Shown in pieces: positions 1-13,016 of a stretch of DNA of 64,000 nt (its first letter is position 1; each line of letters starts with the position of its first letter). Made by a program: the position numbers and the translations under genes. The notes under the pieces are model-generated. The model made no database searches, had not been told where the DNA came from, and saw nothing but the letters and a program-made list of their open reading frames with translations. Where the stretch lies: the NCBI RefSeq assembly GCF_006345805.1, contig NC_043011.1, forward strand, positions 47,814,464 through 47,878,463, in the 5' to 3' direction. Origin of the DNA: Octopus sinensis (taxonomy: Eukaryota).

Positions 1-147
1 TTCTCTGGATCTTTCCTTCTCCTATGTTTCCGACAAAGAGCTCTGCTTGAAACGTTAAACCCTCCTTCTTTCCTGAGTGTCCAATAATACTATATTTGTT
101 CCATGTCCTCGCGTTGTTGTGTTTTTTTTGTGCTTTCTTGTTTGGAT

Positions 148-150
<3 letters not shown>
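1..150 (+). mobile_element. Penelope-type terminal-repeat fragment with degenerate hammerhead-like core
   Basis: ccgacaaagagctctgcttgaaacg resembles CUGANGA-stem-GAAAC. The 3' part recurs at 2871-2947 and abuts (TA)n. Confidence 0.5.
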
Positions 151-196
<46 letters not shown>

Positions 197-264
197 CACA
201 CACACACAGACATATAGATAGCTAGATAGATAGGTGATAGATAGATAGCTAGATAGATAGATGT

Positions 265-333
<69 letters not shown>
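151..333. repeat. (TA)n and (GATA)n microsatellites
   Basis: Directly visible; representative of dozens of TA/CA/TAA/GAT tracts in the window. Confidence 0.95.
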
Positions 334-334
<1 letters not shown>

Positions 335-1144
335 TTGTGTGTGTATGTGCACACAGAAATGCATACATACATGTATACATGCATGCACATACATAGTGTA
401 CATAGAGTGGCAGGGAAATTATTATGCAATTTATTGAACAACAAAAGAACACAAACAAAAACAAAAGAAAAATAATGAAGTTCTTCATATCTTGAATGCA
501 TTTTAAATATTGCATGTGGACATGGAAGTTAACAATTATAGTTTCCAAGTAGCATAAAAATCTAATAAACACACAATATAATTAATTTGTTTGATAATTA
601 TATATTTTCAAAATTTATTTGTTTTAATTTTGAAAAATTGATATTTTATAGCTGTTATTTATTTTGCTATTTTGTTTGAGTTTTTTTTATTATTTTTTTT
701 TAGTTTTGTATTAATATTTTAATTTTGAAAAGAAAGTTTCTTTTTGAAGAAATCCATCATTTCAGTTATAGCTTGAAAAATTTAGACAGTCAGGAAAAAT
801 GTTTGTCATCTGTTTTCTATTATTCTGATAATCTGATAATTTATTTATTAGTTTGGGTCTATCTCTCCTGCAAATTCTTAAATGCCCACTTTCATTCTTC
901 CTTTCTTCCTACTCAAATTTATTCTCACTCATTCATCCCTCCAGACTCTCTCTCTCTCTCTCTGTCTATCTATCCTTCTCTTGCTTTATCTTAACCTTCA
1001 TGCAAAAATGCTTCCTTTTTCCCCTCGCTCCCTAAGTTTCAGTCGCTCTATTTACTCTTTGCATGTACTATATCAGCCACACACGAGTTTTCCCTTCATC
1101 TCAGAATCACTCTCATCCTCTCTGATTAATTTCTTTATACCTTT

Positions 1145-1191
<47 letters not shown>

Positions 1192-1281
1192 GCGTGTGTA
1201 TGGGAGTGTGCTTGTGGTTGTGTGTGTATGAGTGTGTATACATATATGCATGAGTGTCTGATATACATATGGGTGTATGTA

Positions 1282-1357
<76 letters not shown>

Positions 1358-1402
1358 TACACACACACACACACACATATGTATGGACATATGTTTGCAT
1401 GT

Positions 1403-1445
<43 letters not shown>

Positions 1446-1492
1446 TATCACATATATATATATATATATACATATACACATACATACATATA

Positions 1493-1526
<34 letters not shown>

Positions 1527-1808
1527 CATACATACATACACACACATATGTATACTATATATATATATATATATATATGTCCCTGCTCACCACTCACTCA
1601 CTTTACATTTTCCCTTTTCACAGTTCAAATAAAGGCTGAACGAAAATGTGTGATTGCGTTTGTTTCAAAATTAAAATTTTATTTGAAGGCTGAATTATTG
1701 GCTGCCAGTTTCCCGTGGACTGTTCATTGGTTCTTTAGATTTCTAAATTGTGGGAGTGTCTTTATCCATCTACTCCATTCCTATCTGAGGCGCCAACACC
1801 ACGTTGGA

Positions 1809-1840
1809 CTACTCCACACCAAAAAGGCCATTGGACCAAT
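1809..1840 (-). CDS. Candidate terminal exon, phase 1: (D)WSNGLFGVE*
   Basis: Acceptor tctgttttatatag, in a GC-richer unique island, with AATAAA downstream near 1680. The other phases are also open. Confidence 0.4.
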
Positions 1841-2407
1841 CTATATAAAACAGATGCATGTGGTTGTATGTGTGGTACAAAGGTACAAAACACATAATGC
1901 TAAATTAAAACGTGCGGGTATAGTCATCATGATTTAAAGTGCATGGGTTGGATAGGTCATCAAAATCTAAGTCTTCTCTAGTTTGGCAGCTACTGCTCTC
2001 ACAACCTGGTGTTTACACAAATCAGTTTAGTTTGGTTTCCATTAATGGGTGCCCTTCCTATTGCCAACCACTTTCCATATACCCTGGGTGCATTTTCATA
2101 TTGTACCAGTTTTAAAGATGCTGAAATATCTTTGTCGAGATAATACTGAAAGGATCTAACAGCCCTTCATTTCTCCACCCATTTTCTGTGATTTTTACAG
2201 TATGAAATGGGTGCATTTTTAGTTACACCAGCATTAAAGAATTTTGTCAATATCTCAATAAGACAGCATCAAGGCACTTCTCGAAGCTCTTTTACCTCTA
2301 CCTGTTCATCAACCACAATAGATGGTATGCAGGTGGGGCAAATTAGGTGTCTTTCTATTGAAGCACATGCATGCAAGGTGGAGCAGTAACTTGTGCATAG
2401 TAATTGT

Positions 2408-2644
2408 AAGGGTGGCGAGCTGGCAGAAGTGTTAGCATGCCAGACGAAATGCTGAGCAGTATTTCGTCTGCCTTTACATTCTGAGTTCAAATTCCACCGA
2501 GGTCGACTTTGCCTTTCATCCTTTTGGGGTTGATTAAATAAGTACCAGTTACGCACTGGGGTCGATGTAATCGACTTAATCCGTTTGTCTCTCCTTGTTT
2601 GTCCCCTCTATGTTTAGCCCCTTGAGGGCAATAAAGAAATAAGA
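2408..2644 (+). mobile_element. SINE family B (Nin/Deu-like central domain)
   Basis: ggcgagctggcagaa head, gcctttcatcctttcggggtcgat-type core and A-rich tail; more than 10 copies in the window. Confidence 0.85.
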
Positions 2645-2732
2645 ATATATACACCATGGAATTGGGAAACTAGACCTTATGCGTCTACATGTTTTGGGAA
2701 GGAAATTTACTTTACTCATATCTGCAGCGACT

Positions 2733-2944
2733 ACCTTTAGTTGAAGAAATCAACCCCAGGACTTATTCATTTGGTCCCTTTTGCTGAACTGTTAAGTTAC
2801 GGGGTCGTAAACACCCCAACATTGGTTGTCAAACGATGATGGGGGTGGACAAACACAGACACAAAAATACGAGCGTCCAATAATATTATATTTGTTCCAC
2901 GTCCTCGCGTTGTTGTGCTTTTTTGTGTTTTCTTTTTTGGATTA

Positions 2945-2983
<39 letters not shown>

Positions 2984-3131
2984 GACGGGCTTCTTTCAGT
3001 TTCCGTCTACCAAATCCACTCACAAGGCTTTGGTCGGCCCAAGGCTACAGTAGAAGACAATTGCCTATGGTACCACGTAGTGGAACTGAACCTGAAACCA
3101 TGTGGTTGGTAAGCAAGCTTCTTACCACACA
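2733..3131 (-). mobile_element. SINE family A (tRNA-like head, internal TA/TG microsatellite)
   Basis: Reverse complement of the family at 22425; carries a Penelope-like piece at 2871-2947. Confidence 0.85.
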
Positions 3132-3212
3132 GTGTAGTATTAAGCCCTATTTGAGATAATCTCATCACTTTCTTGACTATTATCACTGTGATGAACATTA
3201 TCATTATCATCA

Positions 3213-3285
<73 letters not shown>

Positions 3286-3507
3286 AGGTGGTGATGGTGG
3301 TGGTAGTGGTGGTAGTGGTGGCAGTGGTGGTATTTATATTATTTCTATGCTATTCTTTCTTTCTTTCGTATACTTTTGTCAATTTCTGTCATCGTTAATG
3401 TGAGAGCCATGCATTTCTGTCAATTTGAATTGAAGGATTCAAACACGACTGTGACAGATTTATTTTATCAGGTGATTGTTTTTTCATTCTTTCTGCAGGA
3501 ATTTTAC

Positions 3508-3548
3508 CTGTGAGAAAGTTAAGTGCTAATACCAAAATTCCAAAATGG
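3508..3548 (-). CDS. Candidate 41-nt exon (HFGILVLALNFLT if internal; AILEFWY* if entered in phase 1)
   Basis: Acceptor T-tract-gctttgaaacag and donor CAG/gtaaaa. It splices in frame to 1840, giving [23 protein letters not shown]. Confidence 0.4.
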
Positions 3549-3999
3549 CTGTTTCAAAGCAAAAAAAAAAAAACGGAAATATATACATAAAAGTAAATGA
3601 GGAAGGCAAAAAAAAAAAAAGAAAACAGTAAAAATAAAAAGAAAAGATATATTTTAGGCATGACAAACATTTTGGTAAATCTTTAAAATACGCAGAAAAT
3701 GCACATCAGTGTAAGACAGCATCACTTTGGGGGGTTGACCAATAAAATGATGTTGGTGGTGGTGGTCGTGGTGATGCTAATGATGCTGGTGGCGAAAATG
3801 TAATGGTGGGTTGGGTGTTGCTGTAATCAATTATGTTGTTGTTGCTGTCTTGAAGGCTGATATTTATTGGCGAATTAATATGGCTCTTGGATTTAATTTT
3901 GCAATATTACATTCTTCTTCAGACTGTAAAAGTGTGTTTCCATGCTCTAAGTGCAATTTTCTACACTCAACAGCCTAATACATGTCTTGCAAACAACTT

Positions 4000-4552
4000 T
4001 CACATGCAAGTGCTACCAGTCAAAAACTTTGCATACTGGAAGCCAGCAAGTGTATGGGGTCATCAGGAGAGAATGCATGCCATTTCGGGGCCTACCTCTC
4101 GATGGCATCAATGCACACCGGCCCCACTCACTGATATGTTGCCCCACTTGCTAGATCAACTGGTTATCAAATAAAGCTCAATATTCTTCTAGCCATCGCT
4201 CATCGTCTCTTTTTAACCAAATCCAGTGGCTAGCCTTCTCCACTGTAGTTTGGATATCGGTCATGGTGGTATTGACTTTATGATGAGTTAGGCTTAACGA
4301 TAACAACAGTCGTCTCACACTGTGTCCAACAAACCCTCTACATCCAACTTCAATTGGAAAATGCTCTGCTTTACAGCCTGTGTCTTCACATTCCTCGGGG
4401 AGGTTTACATAATGGTCAATCTTTTGAGCCCGAGCAGCTTCCATGTTATCTTCATGAGGAACCGTTACTTCGACTAGATTTACAACTCTCCTTCTTTCAC
4501 ACCACATCAAAATGTCTGGTTTTTCCATAACTGGGTTGGGAAAGATGGTCAT
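4000..4552 (-). mobile_element. 5'-truncated non-LTR retrotransposon, restriction-like endonuclease C-terminus (HERO-like) plus 3' UTR
   Basis: ORF 4178-4552 has KPDI...VEVTVP.E...K..HY...PIEVGCRGF...KASHWIWLKR, typical of RLE clades. A second copy lies at 35890-36690. Confidence 0.85.
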
Positions 4553-4731
4553 ATGTCCAAAAATATATAGAAGAAAATGGATAAAATAACAATGGGGAAC
4601 TCATAGTTTACCCTGGTATGACTTTAATTAAATAGATAACAAAGAAGGAAGATGCAGAGATTAGGGTAGCATTTATGATCGTTTCGATTTACTGGTTTAA
4701 GTAAATCTCTTCAGAATGCGAACATAGATAG

Positions 4732-5090
4732 ATGTGTTGAGAGGAATTCTTTGGGGTTTGGATAATTCACCTCTGGAAACATAGGTGTTTTGTACGACAT
4801 CCTTAAACAACCCATATTGCAGGACCGTTTGAGTGGAATGAGCTACTCAAGCTGAAGAAAATTTTAACTGGGCCACACTTGCAAGGTCATTCATTGTTTG
4901 TCTTGATATGAGATCCCCATGTCATGCACATATGGTTGCGATGCATGTGACTGGTGTACCCTTATCAGATGGGTAGTCATGATGGGTATACTGGGCTTCA
5001 TATAATTTACCCCAGTGTAACTTTGATGGCATGTACTGCTCTCTCACTCAATAATAATAATAATAATGATAATAATAATAATAATAATAA
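4732..5090 (+). mobile_element. LINE 3'-end fragment with (AAT)n tail (Dong/R4-like by target preference)
   Basis: Homologous to 15414-15885; ends ctctcactc(aat)n. The clade is inferred only from the TAA-repeat context. Confidence 0.6.
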
Positions 5091-5530
5091 TCCTTTCTAC
5101 TGTAGGTGCAATGTCTGAAATTCGGGGGAGCACCGGAGTTGATTACAGCAACCCCAGTGTTCAACTGGTACTTATTTTATCGACCCAAGAAGATGAAAGG
5201 CAAAGTTGAGATTGCGGGAATTTGAACTCAGAACAAACAAAAAATTGCTAAGCATTTCACTTGGCATGCTAATGATTCTGCCAGCCCACTGCCTTAAAAA
5301 TAATGATAATAATAACAATATTTATTTCTTTATTGCCCACAGGGGGCTTAACATAGAGGGGAGAAACAAGGACAGACAAAGGGATTAAGTTGATTACATC
5401 AACCCCAGTGTGTAACTGGTACTTATTTTATCGACCCCGAATGGATGAAAGGCAAACTCGACCTCGGCAGAATTTGAACTCAAAACGTAATGGTAAACGA
5501 AATACTGCTAAGCATTTTGCCTGCTGTTCT
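5091..5530 (-). mobile_element. Two SINE family B copies
   Basis: Both carry the ctggtacttattttatcgacccc..gatgaaaggcaaag core. Confidence 0.8.
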
Positions 5531-5571
5531 AACGATTCTGCCAGCTTGTTGCTCAATTATCAGTATGTTGG

Positions 5572-5671
<100 letters not shown>

Positions 5672-5698
5672 ATATTATATATATATATATACATATAT

Positions 5699-5732
<34 letters not shown>

Positions 5733-5899
5733 ATATAATATATTATTGAAGTAGATAAATGAATTATCTTATTAAGGATTATTCAAATGATAACCGATAC
5801 CTGGGTAGCAAAAATCACAACAGAAAAATCTCGGTTGAGGTTACGACCATGGGGTCTAAAAACCGTGCCTTAGTGCGGAAATTTGAAGTTTTATATATT

Positions 5900-6122
5900 T
5901 AGTGTAGGAAGAAATGGAGCTGAACGAAGATTTAACAAAATTCCTTTTTATTATTTCTACATATGTTTCAAAGGCTGCAAAGTTCCTAATTCGGATTGAA
6001 TAAGGAGTCCATTTTGCAGCCTTCTCTTCAGGAAAATCCAGGAACTGAATTGAAACATATGTAGAAAATAATAAAAAGGAATTTTGTTAAATCTTCGTTC
6101 AGCTCCATTTCTTCCTACACTA
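5900..6122. mobile_element. Penelope-type fold-back (about 72 bp arms) enclosing a hammerhead-like core
   Basis: 5900-5971 is a near-perfect reverse complement of 6050-6122. The minus strand reads CTGAAGA-aggctgcaaa..tttgcagcct-GAAAC. Confidence 0.7.
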
Positions 6123-6124
6123 TA

Positions 6125-6158
<34 letters not shown>

Positions 6159-6159
6159 T

Positions 6160-6330
6160 GGTAAAAACGGTAAGATAACAAAAGAAAGAAAGGGACCTCA
6201 ATATTATGTAAATAGAGGAAATTTATCTATAAAATAATATGTTACAATTACTCAATATTCAAGATAAAACTCTGAGTTTCAGATGCCAAAGTGGAAATCC
6301 ACAACACCATCTCTTCGGTTATCTGGCCAG
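6160..6330 (-). mobile_element. Degenerate Penelope-type hammerhead-like fragment
   Basis: Minus strand ccgaaga-gatg...catc-tgaaac, next to (TA)n. Confidence 0.4.
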
Positions 6331-6929
6331 AGAGAGAGAGGGAGAGAGAGGGAAAGAGGGAGAGTGAGAGAGAGATATGCATGGCTGGACAGGTAGATAT
6401 GTGTATCTGTCTTTATATCAAAGCATGATTTATATAAAATGCTTAATAGAATTTTTGATTGATCTTCACTTTAGACTTGGTAATTTTTAGCGAAAGATTC
6501 TCAGAACTGTATCATCTGAGAATGGATTATCCTTAAAAGAGATTTATTTGATAAAAAACCATAGCAGCATAAATCTATTTATGGATAAATTTATAATGTA
6601 CACACATGCACACACAAGCACTCACATGCACACACAAGCACTCACATGCACATGAATGTATTTATGTAGATATATATGTGCACAGGTATATGTGTGTGAG
6701 CATGCAGATGTATGTATGCATATATGTACATATGAATGTGCATATATTGCTGTAATCTCAGTTTTGGATTATTCAAGTTCTCTTTATTAGAATAAACGAA
6801 CAAGCATATGTGGTTTCTTTGTATTACTTCTGCATCACAATGTGACTCTATGCGCCAGTATAAATTCTTAGGCATGTCTGTGGATGTGTATCCACGCGCA
6901 CACACACACACACACACACATCATGCATA

Positions 6930-7270
6930 TCATCATCATCATCATCATCATCATCGTTTAGCGTCCGCTTTCCATGCTAGCATGGGTTGGACGGTTCTAC
7001 TGGGGGTCTGTGAAGCCAGAAGGCTTCATCAGGCCCTCAGTCAGATCTGGCAGTGTTTCTACGGCTGGATGCCCTTCCTAACGCCAACCACTCCGTGAGT
7101 GTAGTGGGTGCTTTTTACGTGCCACCCGCACTGGTGCCAGACAGAGCTGGCAAACGGCCATGAACGGATGGTGCTTTTTATGTGCCACCGGCACGAGGGC
7201 CAGGCGAGGCTGGCAACGGACACGAAACGGGGCGGTGCTGGCAACGGTCGCGAAACGGAAAGTTCTCTTA
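6930..7270 (-). mobile_element. Family D retroposon (aggaagggcatccagc motif, (GAT)n tail)
   Basis: Related copies at 11480, 19035, 21486, 38300, 42520 and 56430. Confidence 0.8.
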
Positions 7271-7290
7271 CATATATATATATACATATA

Positions 7291-7854
7291 CATGCTGATA
7301 TATCTATCTACATACATAGTTAGCTATATTTAAGTACATATAGGAATTTTGTCATACACACACATACACACACACACACAGATATATTACATAAATACAA
7401 ACAAACACACACACACGCACACACACATGCAATTATACACCCACATAAACTGTCACCCACATACACATGCAAGTCAGATAATTTTTAATATAATCTCGTA
7501 ATACTTCATATTCCTTAGTATTGTTTTTTTATGCTAATGTCTTGTTTAAGATTTTTACCTTTGATAAGAAAAACTAAATGCAAACCAAAAACAAAAACAA
7601 AAAAACAAAGACAAAAAACAATCATACACACACACACACAGAAAACTGATTTTGTTTTATTAGTCAAGAGAAGCTGCTTGCTGTACAGTTAAGATATGAT
7701 CATGTCAGTCAGTATCACAGTGAGTGTATATACACATATATACATACATACATACATACATCATACATAAAATATATATACACACAAACATCCTTATATA
7801 AGTTATATATATATGTATGTATATAAGTTTATATAGTGCATATATATCTAAATA

Positions 7855-7905
<51 letters not shown>

Positions 7906-8420
7906 ATATATATAAACATATATATAAACATATTTATATACATATATATATATATTATATATATATATACATATACATGCTGATATATCTATCTACATAC
8001 ATAGTTAGCTATATTTAAGTACATATAGGAATTTCGTCATACACACACATACACACACACAGATATATTACATAAATACAAACCAACACACACACACGCA
8101 CACACACATGCAATTATACACCCACATAAACTGTCACCCACATACACATGCAAGTCAGATATTTTTAATATAATCTCGTAATACTTCATATTCCTTAGTA
8201 TTGTTTTTTTATGCTAATGTCTTGTTTAAGATTTTTACCTTTGATAAGAAAAACTAAATGCAAACCAAAAACAAAAACAAAAAAACAAAGACAAAAAACA
8301 ATCATACACACACACACACAGAAAACTGATTTTGTTTTATTAGTCAAGAGAAGCTGCTTGCTGTACAGTTAAGATATGATCATGTCAGTCAGTATCACAG
8401 TGAGTGTATATACACATATA

Positions 8421-8452
<32 letters not shown>

Positions 8453-8626
8453 AATATATATACACACAAACATCCTTATATAAGTTATATATATATGTAT
8501 GTATATAAGTTTATATAGTGCATATATATCTAAATATATATGTGTATATATATATATATATATTATATATATATATAAACATATATATATAAACATATAT
8601 ATATAAACATATTTATATACATATAT

Positions 8627-8640
<14 letters not shown>
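7291..8640. repeat. Near-identical tandem duplication, unit about 685 bp
   Basis: catgctgatatatctatc starts at 7291 and at 7976; the non-microsatellite parts are almost identical. Confidence 0.9.
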
Positions 8641-8663
<23 letters not shown>

Positions 8664-9072
8664 GAGCATATATAATTAATGCCTTTATATAAATATTTAA
8701 ACATATATATATATATATACAGGTAAACACACACACAAGGGAACAAGTTTTCTTTGAAACATGTTACATTGATAACATGATTGTCTTCCATTGTAATCTT
8801 CTTTATTAATGATTTTTTTGTTGTTGTTTTTATTTCTTCATTAGTTTTTTTTTTTTATATATTCAGCTTGAAACAATAATGTTTTCTACTCCATTAACAT
8901 TTCACAGCCTCATCCGAACAAAGTGATAACACTGGGTACATTGTTTTGCTTATTTGAATTTTTTTTTTTGGTTGTGTCTATAAATATTTGTCTGTGCTGA
9001 GCTCAAAATGATCTAAGTTTCCATCTGTCAGCAATACTTTTGGAAATCATTTTAGTTTTGTATTTAGTATTT

Positions 9073-9127
9073 TTATAAATGCCACCTTCGTCTTAGGTTA
9101 AGTGTTGGTTTCATTTTTGTTCCTGTA
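9073..9127 (-). CDS. Candidate terminal exon: (V)QEQK* or (G)TKMKPTLNLRRRWHL*
   Basis: Strong acceptor tttgtttttcttctcag, with a second CAG 5 nt downstream. Confidence 0.25.
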
Positions 9128-9434
9128 CTGAGAAGAAAAACAAATAATTTTTGTGCTTGATTTGCTCAAAAATCTACCACAAAAAAATGTTGCTGACAAA
9201 TGTATATAACAAATGAGATAACTGACAAACTCAAAAATATTGAATAATTTAAAAATTCAAATCAAAATCGATTTGAAGAACACATTTTTTTATCCCGGTG
9301 AATGCTTCCATATTTTCTAATTAGTTATTGTATATATAGTTTCCTATCATAGCACAGTGGCTGTAGAACTGTCTTACCATTGTTGTAATGTCTAAGTGAA
9401 AGACTTCATTATTCTGTTCACTGTTTGTCAACTA

Positions 9435-10041
9435 TAAGGGGGAGCTGAAAAATTCCTGGCTTTGGGTAAAAGAAAATACAGGGGAATCAGTTAATTAAGA
9501 TTCTATCCAACATATTCCCCTCTCAGATTCACTCACTGCGGTCCTTCATCTTTTCTAAGCCCTGTAAAAGAACTCAGAAGGTTGAGCCACCAACCAGGCC
9601 TTTTGTGATACCCTTAAATACAATTTTGGAGGCACAATGGCCCAGTGGTTAGGGCAGCTGACTCGCGGTTGTGGGATCGTGGTTTCAAATCCCAGACCGG
9701 GTTTTGTGAGTGTTTATTGAGCGAAAACACCTAAAGCTCCATGAGGCTCCGGCAGAGGGTGTTGGTGAACCCTGCTGCGCTCTTTCACCACAACTTTCTC
9801 TCACTCCTTCTTCCTGTTTCTGTTATACCTGCATTTGAAAGAGCCAGGCTTGTCACACACTGTGTCATGCTGAATTTCCCTGAGAACTACGTTAAGGGTA
9901 CACGTGTTTGTGGAGTGCTCAGCCACTTACATGTTAATTTCACGAGCAGGCTGTTCCATTGATTCGGATCAACCGGAACTCTTGTCGTTGTAACCGGCAG
10001 AGTGCCACGACGAAAGCCAGGAACTTTTTAGCATCCCTTCA
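9435..10041. mobile_element. Mariner-derived MITE interrupted by a SINE
   Basis: About 29 bp TIRs (gctgaaaa.ttcctggcttt) flanked by TA. Confidence 0.75.
9628..10010 (+). mobile_element. SINE family C (tRNA-Arg-like head, OR-type)
   Basis: A box tggcccagtgg and B box ggtttcaaatccc; copies at 32540, 38575, 45866 and 55878. Confidence 0.8.
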
Positions 10042-10989
10042 TAAGTTTCCATGGGAGATAACCAAGATGTAAATGCATGAAATGCATGTTTACAGACATG
10101 AAGCAGTTTATGGCCTTATATCTTTCGATAAGCCTTGCTTTCCATTGTGAAGCAAAAGTGCTTTGAGGCTTTGATAAAGGCTGTTAACAATTTCCCTTTT
10201 GCAGGGTTGTGCTTCAGTTATGAATGATATAGCACGAATTTTTGTCACTAACTCTATGCTGATTGGTTGATTGCAAAGACTCCTTTTATTAGCTTATAAT
10301 GTGTATGTGGTATGATGTCAGAATATTTTCTTGAAAACAACATTACCTTTCGGTACTCCTAATATTCTAGTAATTAAAATGGTATAAGAGTCTAAAAAAT
10401 ACATAAATATATCAAACAATTTTTAATAATATAATGATATAAAAAAATAATTAGTAACATATTAATATCTAAATATTATCCTAATCCTATAATATCTAAG
10501 TTGTTCTGGTATCATAATGATATCAAAGATTATAAAAAAAAACAATATTAAATATATTTAATATAATGATATTTAATATATTTATAGCAATTTAGTTATA
10601 TCAAATATGACATTATAATAAAATAATACCCAATATATAATTATATAATTTTACCTAAATGCTATAGATATATTATGCAGTAATTTAATGATATCAAAAG
10701 AAACAAAAAGTATAATCATATTAAAAATGTTATAGAAACATTATGATCTCAAAATTGTTGTGTTAATATAATGATATTTAAGTTAGTCTTATTAATATCC
10801 ATGATATCATAGTAATATAACTATAGCCAGGTTACTCAACCAAGAATCTTATCCACACACACCAGCCCTCTTATATTTATTGTCCTGTAACTCATGGGTA
10901 TGTTGTGACTTGCCTTCACAAACTTTCCTCATCCTTTTTTAACTGGGTAACCATGCATCTCCCTTGCAGCAAGACACCTGTTTCTGTTC

Positions 10990-11410
10990 TTCTTATTTCT
11001 TTACTGCCCACAAGGGGCTACACTCAGAGGGGACAAACAAGGACAGACAAACGGATTAAATCGATTACATCGACCCCAGTGCGTAACTGGTACTTATTTA
11101 ATCGACCCTGAAAGGATGAAAGGCAAAGTCAACCTCAGCAGAATTTAAACTCAGAATGTAACGGCAGACGAAATACCAATTTCTTTACTACCCACAAGGG
11201 GCTAAACACAGAGGGGACAAACAAGGACAGACAAACGGATTAAGTCGATTATATCGACCCCAGTGCGTTACTGGTACTTATTTAATCGACCCCAAAAGGA
11301 TGAAAGGCAAAGTCGACTTCCGCGGAATTTGAACTCAGAATGTAACGGCAGATGAAATACCGCTAAGCATTTTGCCCAGTGTACTAACGTTTCTGCCTGC
11401 TCACCACCTT
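10990..11410 (-). mobile_element. SINE family B, body dimer
   Basis: One head followed by two tandem bodies. Confidence 0.85.
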
Positions 11411-11479
11411 GTTCTTCTATCATACTTTAACTTTTCATCACCTGATGTAATGCCACCCACCTCAATACTCCACCACCGT

Positions 11480-11702
11480 CAATCAAGGGGTCTCGTCTTG
11501 TAAGTTACTCAGTGACCTCACTGGAGCTGGTACTACATAAAAAGTACCCCGGTACACTTTGTAAAGTAGTCGGCATTAAGAGGAGTATCTAGGTGTGGAA
11601 TCTATGCAAAACAAAACAAGCATTGGATCTTGGTGCGACCTTCCAGCTCGCCAGTTCCTCATGAACCATCCAACACATGCCAGCATAGAAAATGGACATT
11701 AA

Positions 11703-11733
<31 letters not shown>

Positions 11734-11805
11734 CGATGACAACAACGATGACGACGATGACAATAACGATGAGGATAATGACAACGGCAATGATGATGAT
11801 GATGA
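11480..11805 (+). mobile_element. Family D retroposon with expanded (GAT/GAC)n tail
   Basis: ccaacacatgccagcatagaaaatggacattaaa(tga)n. Confidence 0.7.
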
Positions 11806-12551
11806 AAATATTTATAGAATGATATCAAAGACATTCCAAGTAATATCATCACATCAAAATATTGATGGGAATGCAATGATATCAGGTATATTATAGTAAT
11901 ATCATGGTTTAAAAGACATTGCAGCAACAATGATATCAAAGTGATTATTTTAGTTCAATGATATCCAAGTTAGTTATAATACCATCTAAGATGTCATAAC
12001 AATATAACTGTATTGAAGACGTTATCTTAATATAATGATATCAAAGAGAATTGTGTAGTAATATAATAATGATATAATGATAATTTATGAATAATAGTAT
12101 AAATATAACTGATATCCAAGTTATTTATAGAATCAGAAAAATATCCAAGATATTGTTATAATATAATCATTTCTAACATAGACAAGAAATTTGAAGAAGA
12201 GGAGCAATCATTTATTCCGGCCCTAATATTTAACTGGTCCTTTACCTATTAACCCAGAAAGGATGAAAGCAAAGCTGACCTTGTTGGATTTGAACTCAAG
12301 AACATAATAAATTGGAACAAACACTGCAAAGTATTTTGTCTGATTCTAACAACTGTGATATTCATTATAGAATTACTACATAAAAGATATAATGTAATGA
12401 TATCATGTCATAGCAATATAATGATATCCAAGTATTATACAAGGATAATCATATTTTAAATGTTATATTATTATATTAATAACAAATGCTTAGTTATATA
12501 TTGTGGTCTCCATATGATATATTCTAACATATTGTAATATATTATATTTAA

Positions 12552-12772
12552 CCCTTTTATTACTGTATTTATTTTGTGATGCTCTGTGTTTCTTTCAATT
12601 ATTTTAGATATAACCAAGAATTTAGTAGAATAACTTAGTGATCACTCAGCTAGTGTTAGGAACATAAATTGTGACTAAGGTTTAGTGAAAGATTTTAATT
12701 ATAAACTTATGAAAACAAGATATTTGTACTACAGAGCCAGAGGTGGTTTCAGTTGGGTTGGTATCAAAAGGG
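12552..12772 (+). mobile_element. piggyBac-like MITE (about 220 bp)
   Basis: TTAA/CCCT...AGGG ends; five copies in the window. Confidence 0.8.
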
Positions 12773-13016
12773 CTAATGTGTAACATTATAGCAATATAAT
12801 TATATCCAAGGTATGGTAATACAGTGATATCTCAGAAACTGGGTTTTACTATAAATACCTATAGGAACTTGATAACTCTCTGCTGTATTCCTAAAGAACC
12901 TGGACTAAGTGGATGACAGCAGACAGCTATCTGACCATGGATAGAGTAATTTTAAGATTGGTCTTCAGCTCAATACCCTGGAAACTTCAGATCATACCTA
13001 TAATATTGTCCTAGAC

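Noticed and set aside
9628-9700. tRNA-like sequences at SINE heads
   Set aside because: They continue into SINE bodies and form no complete cloverleaf.
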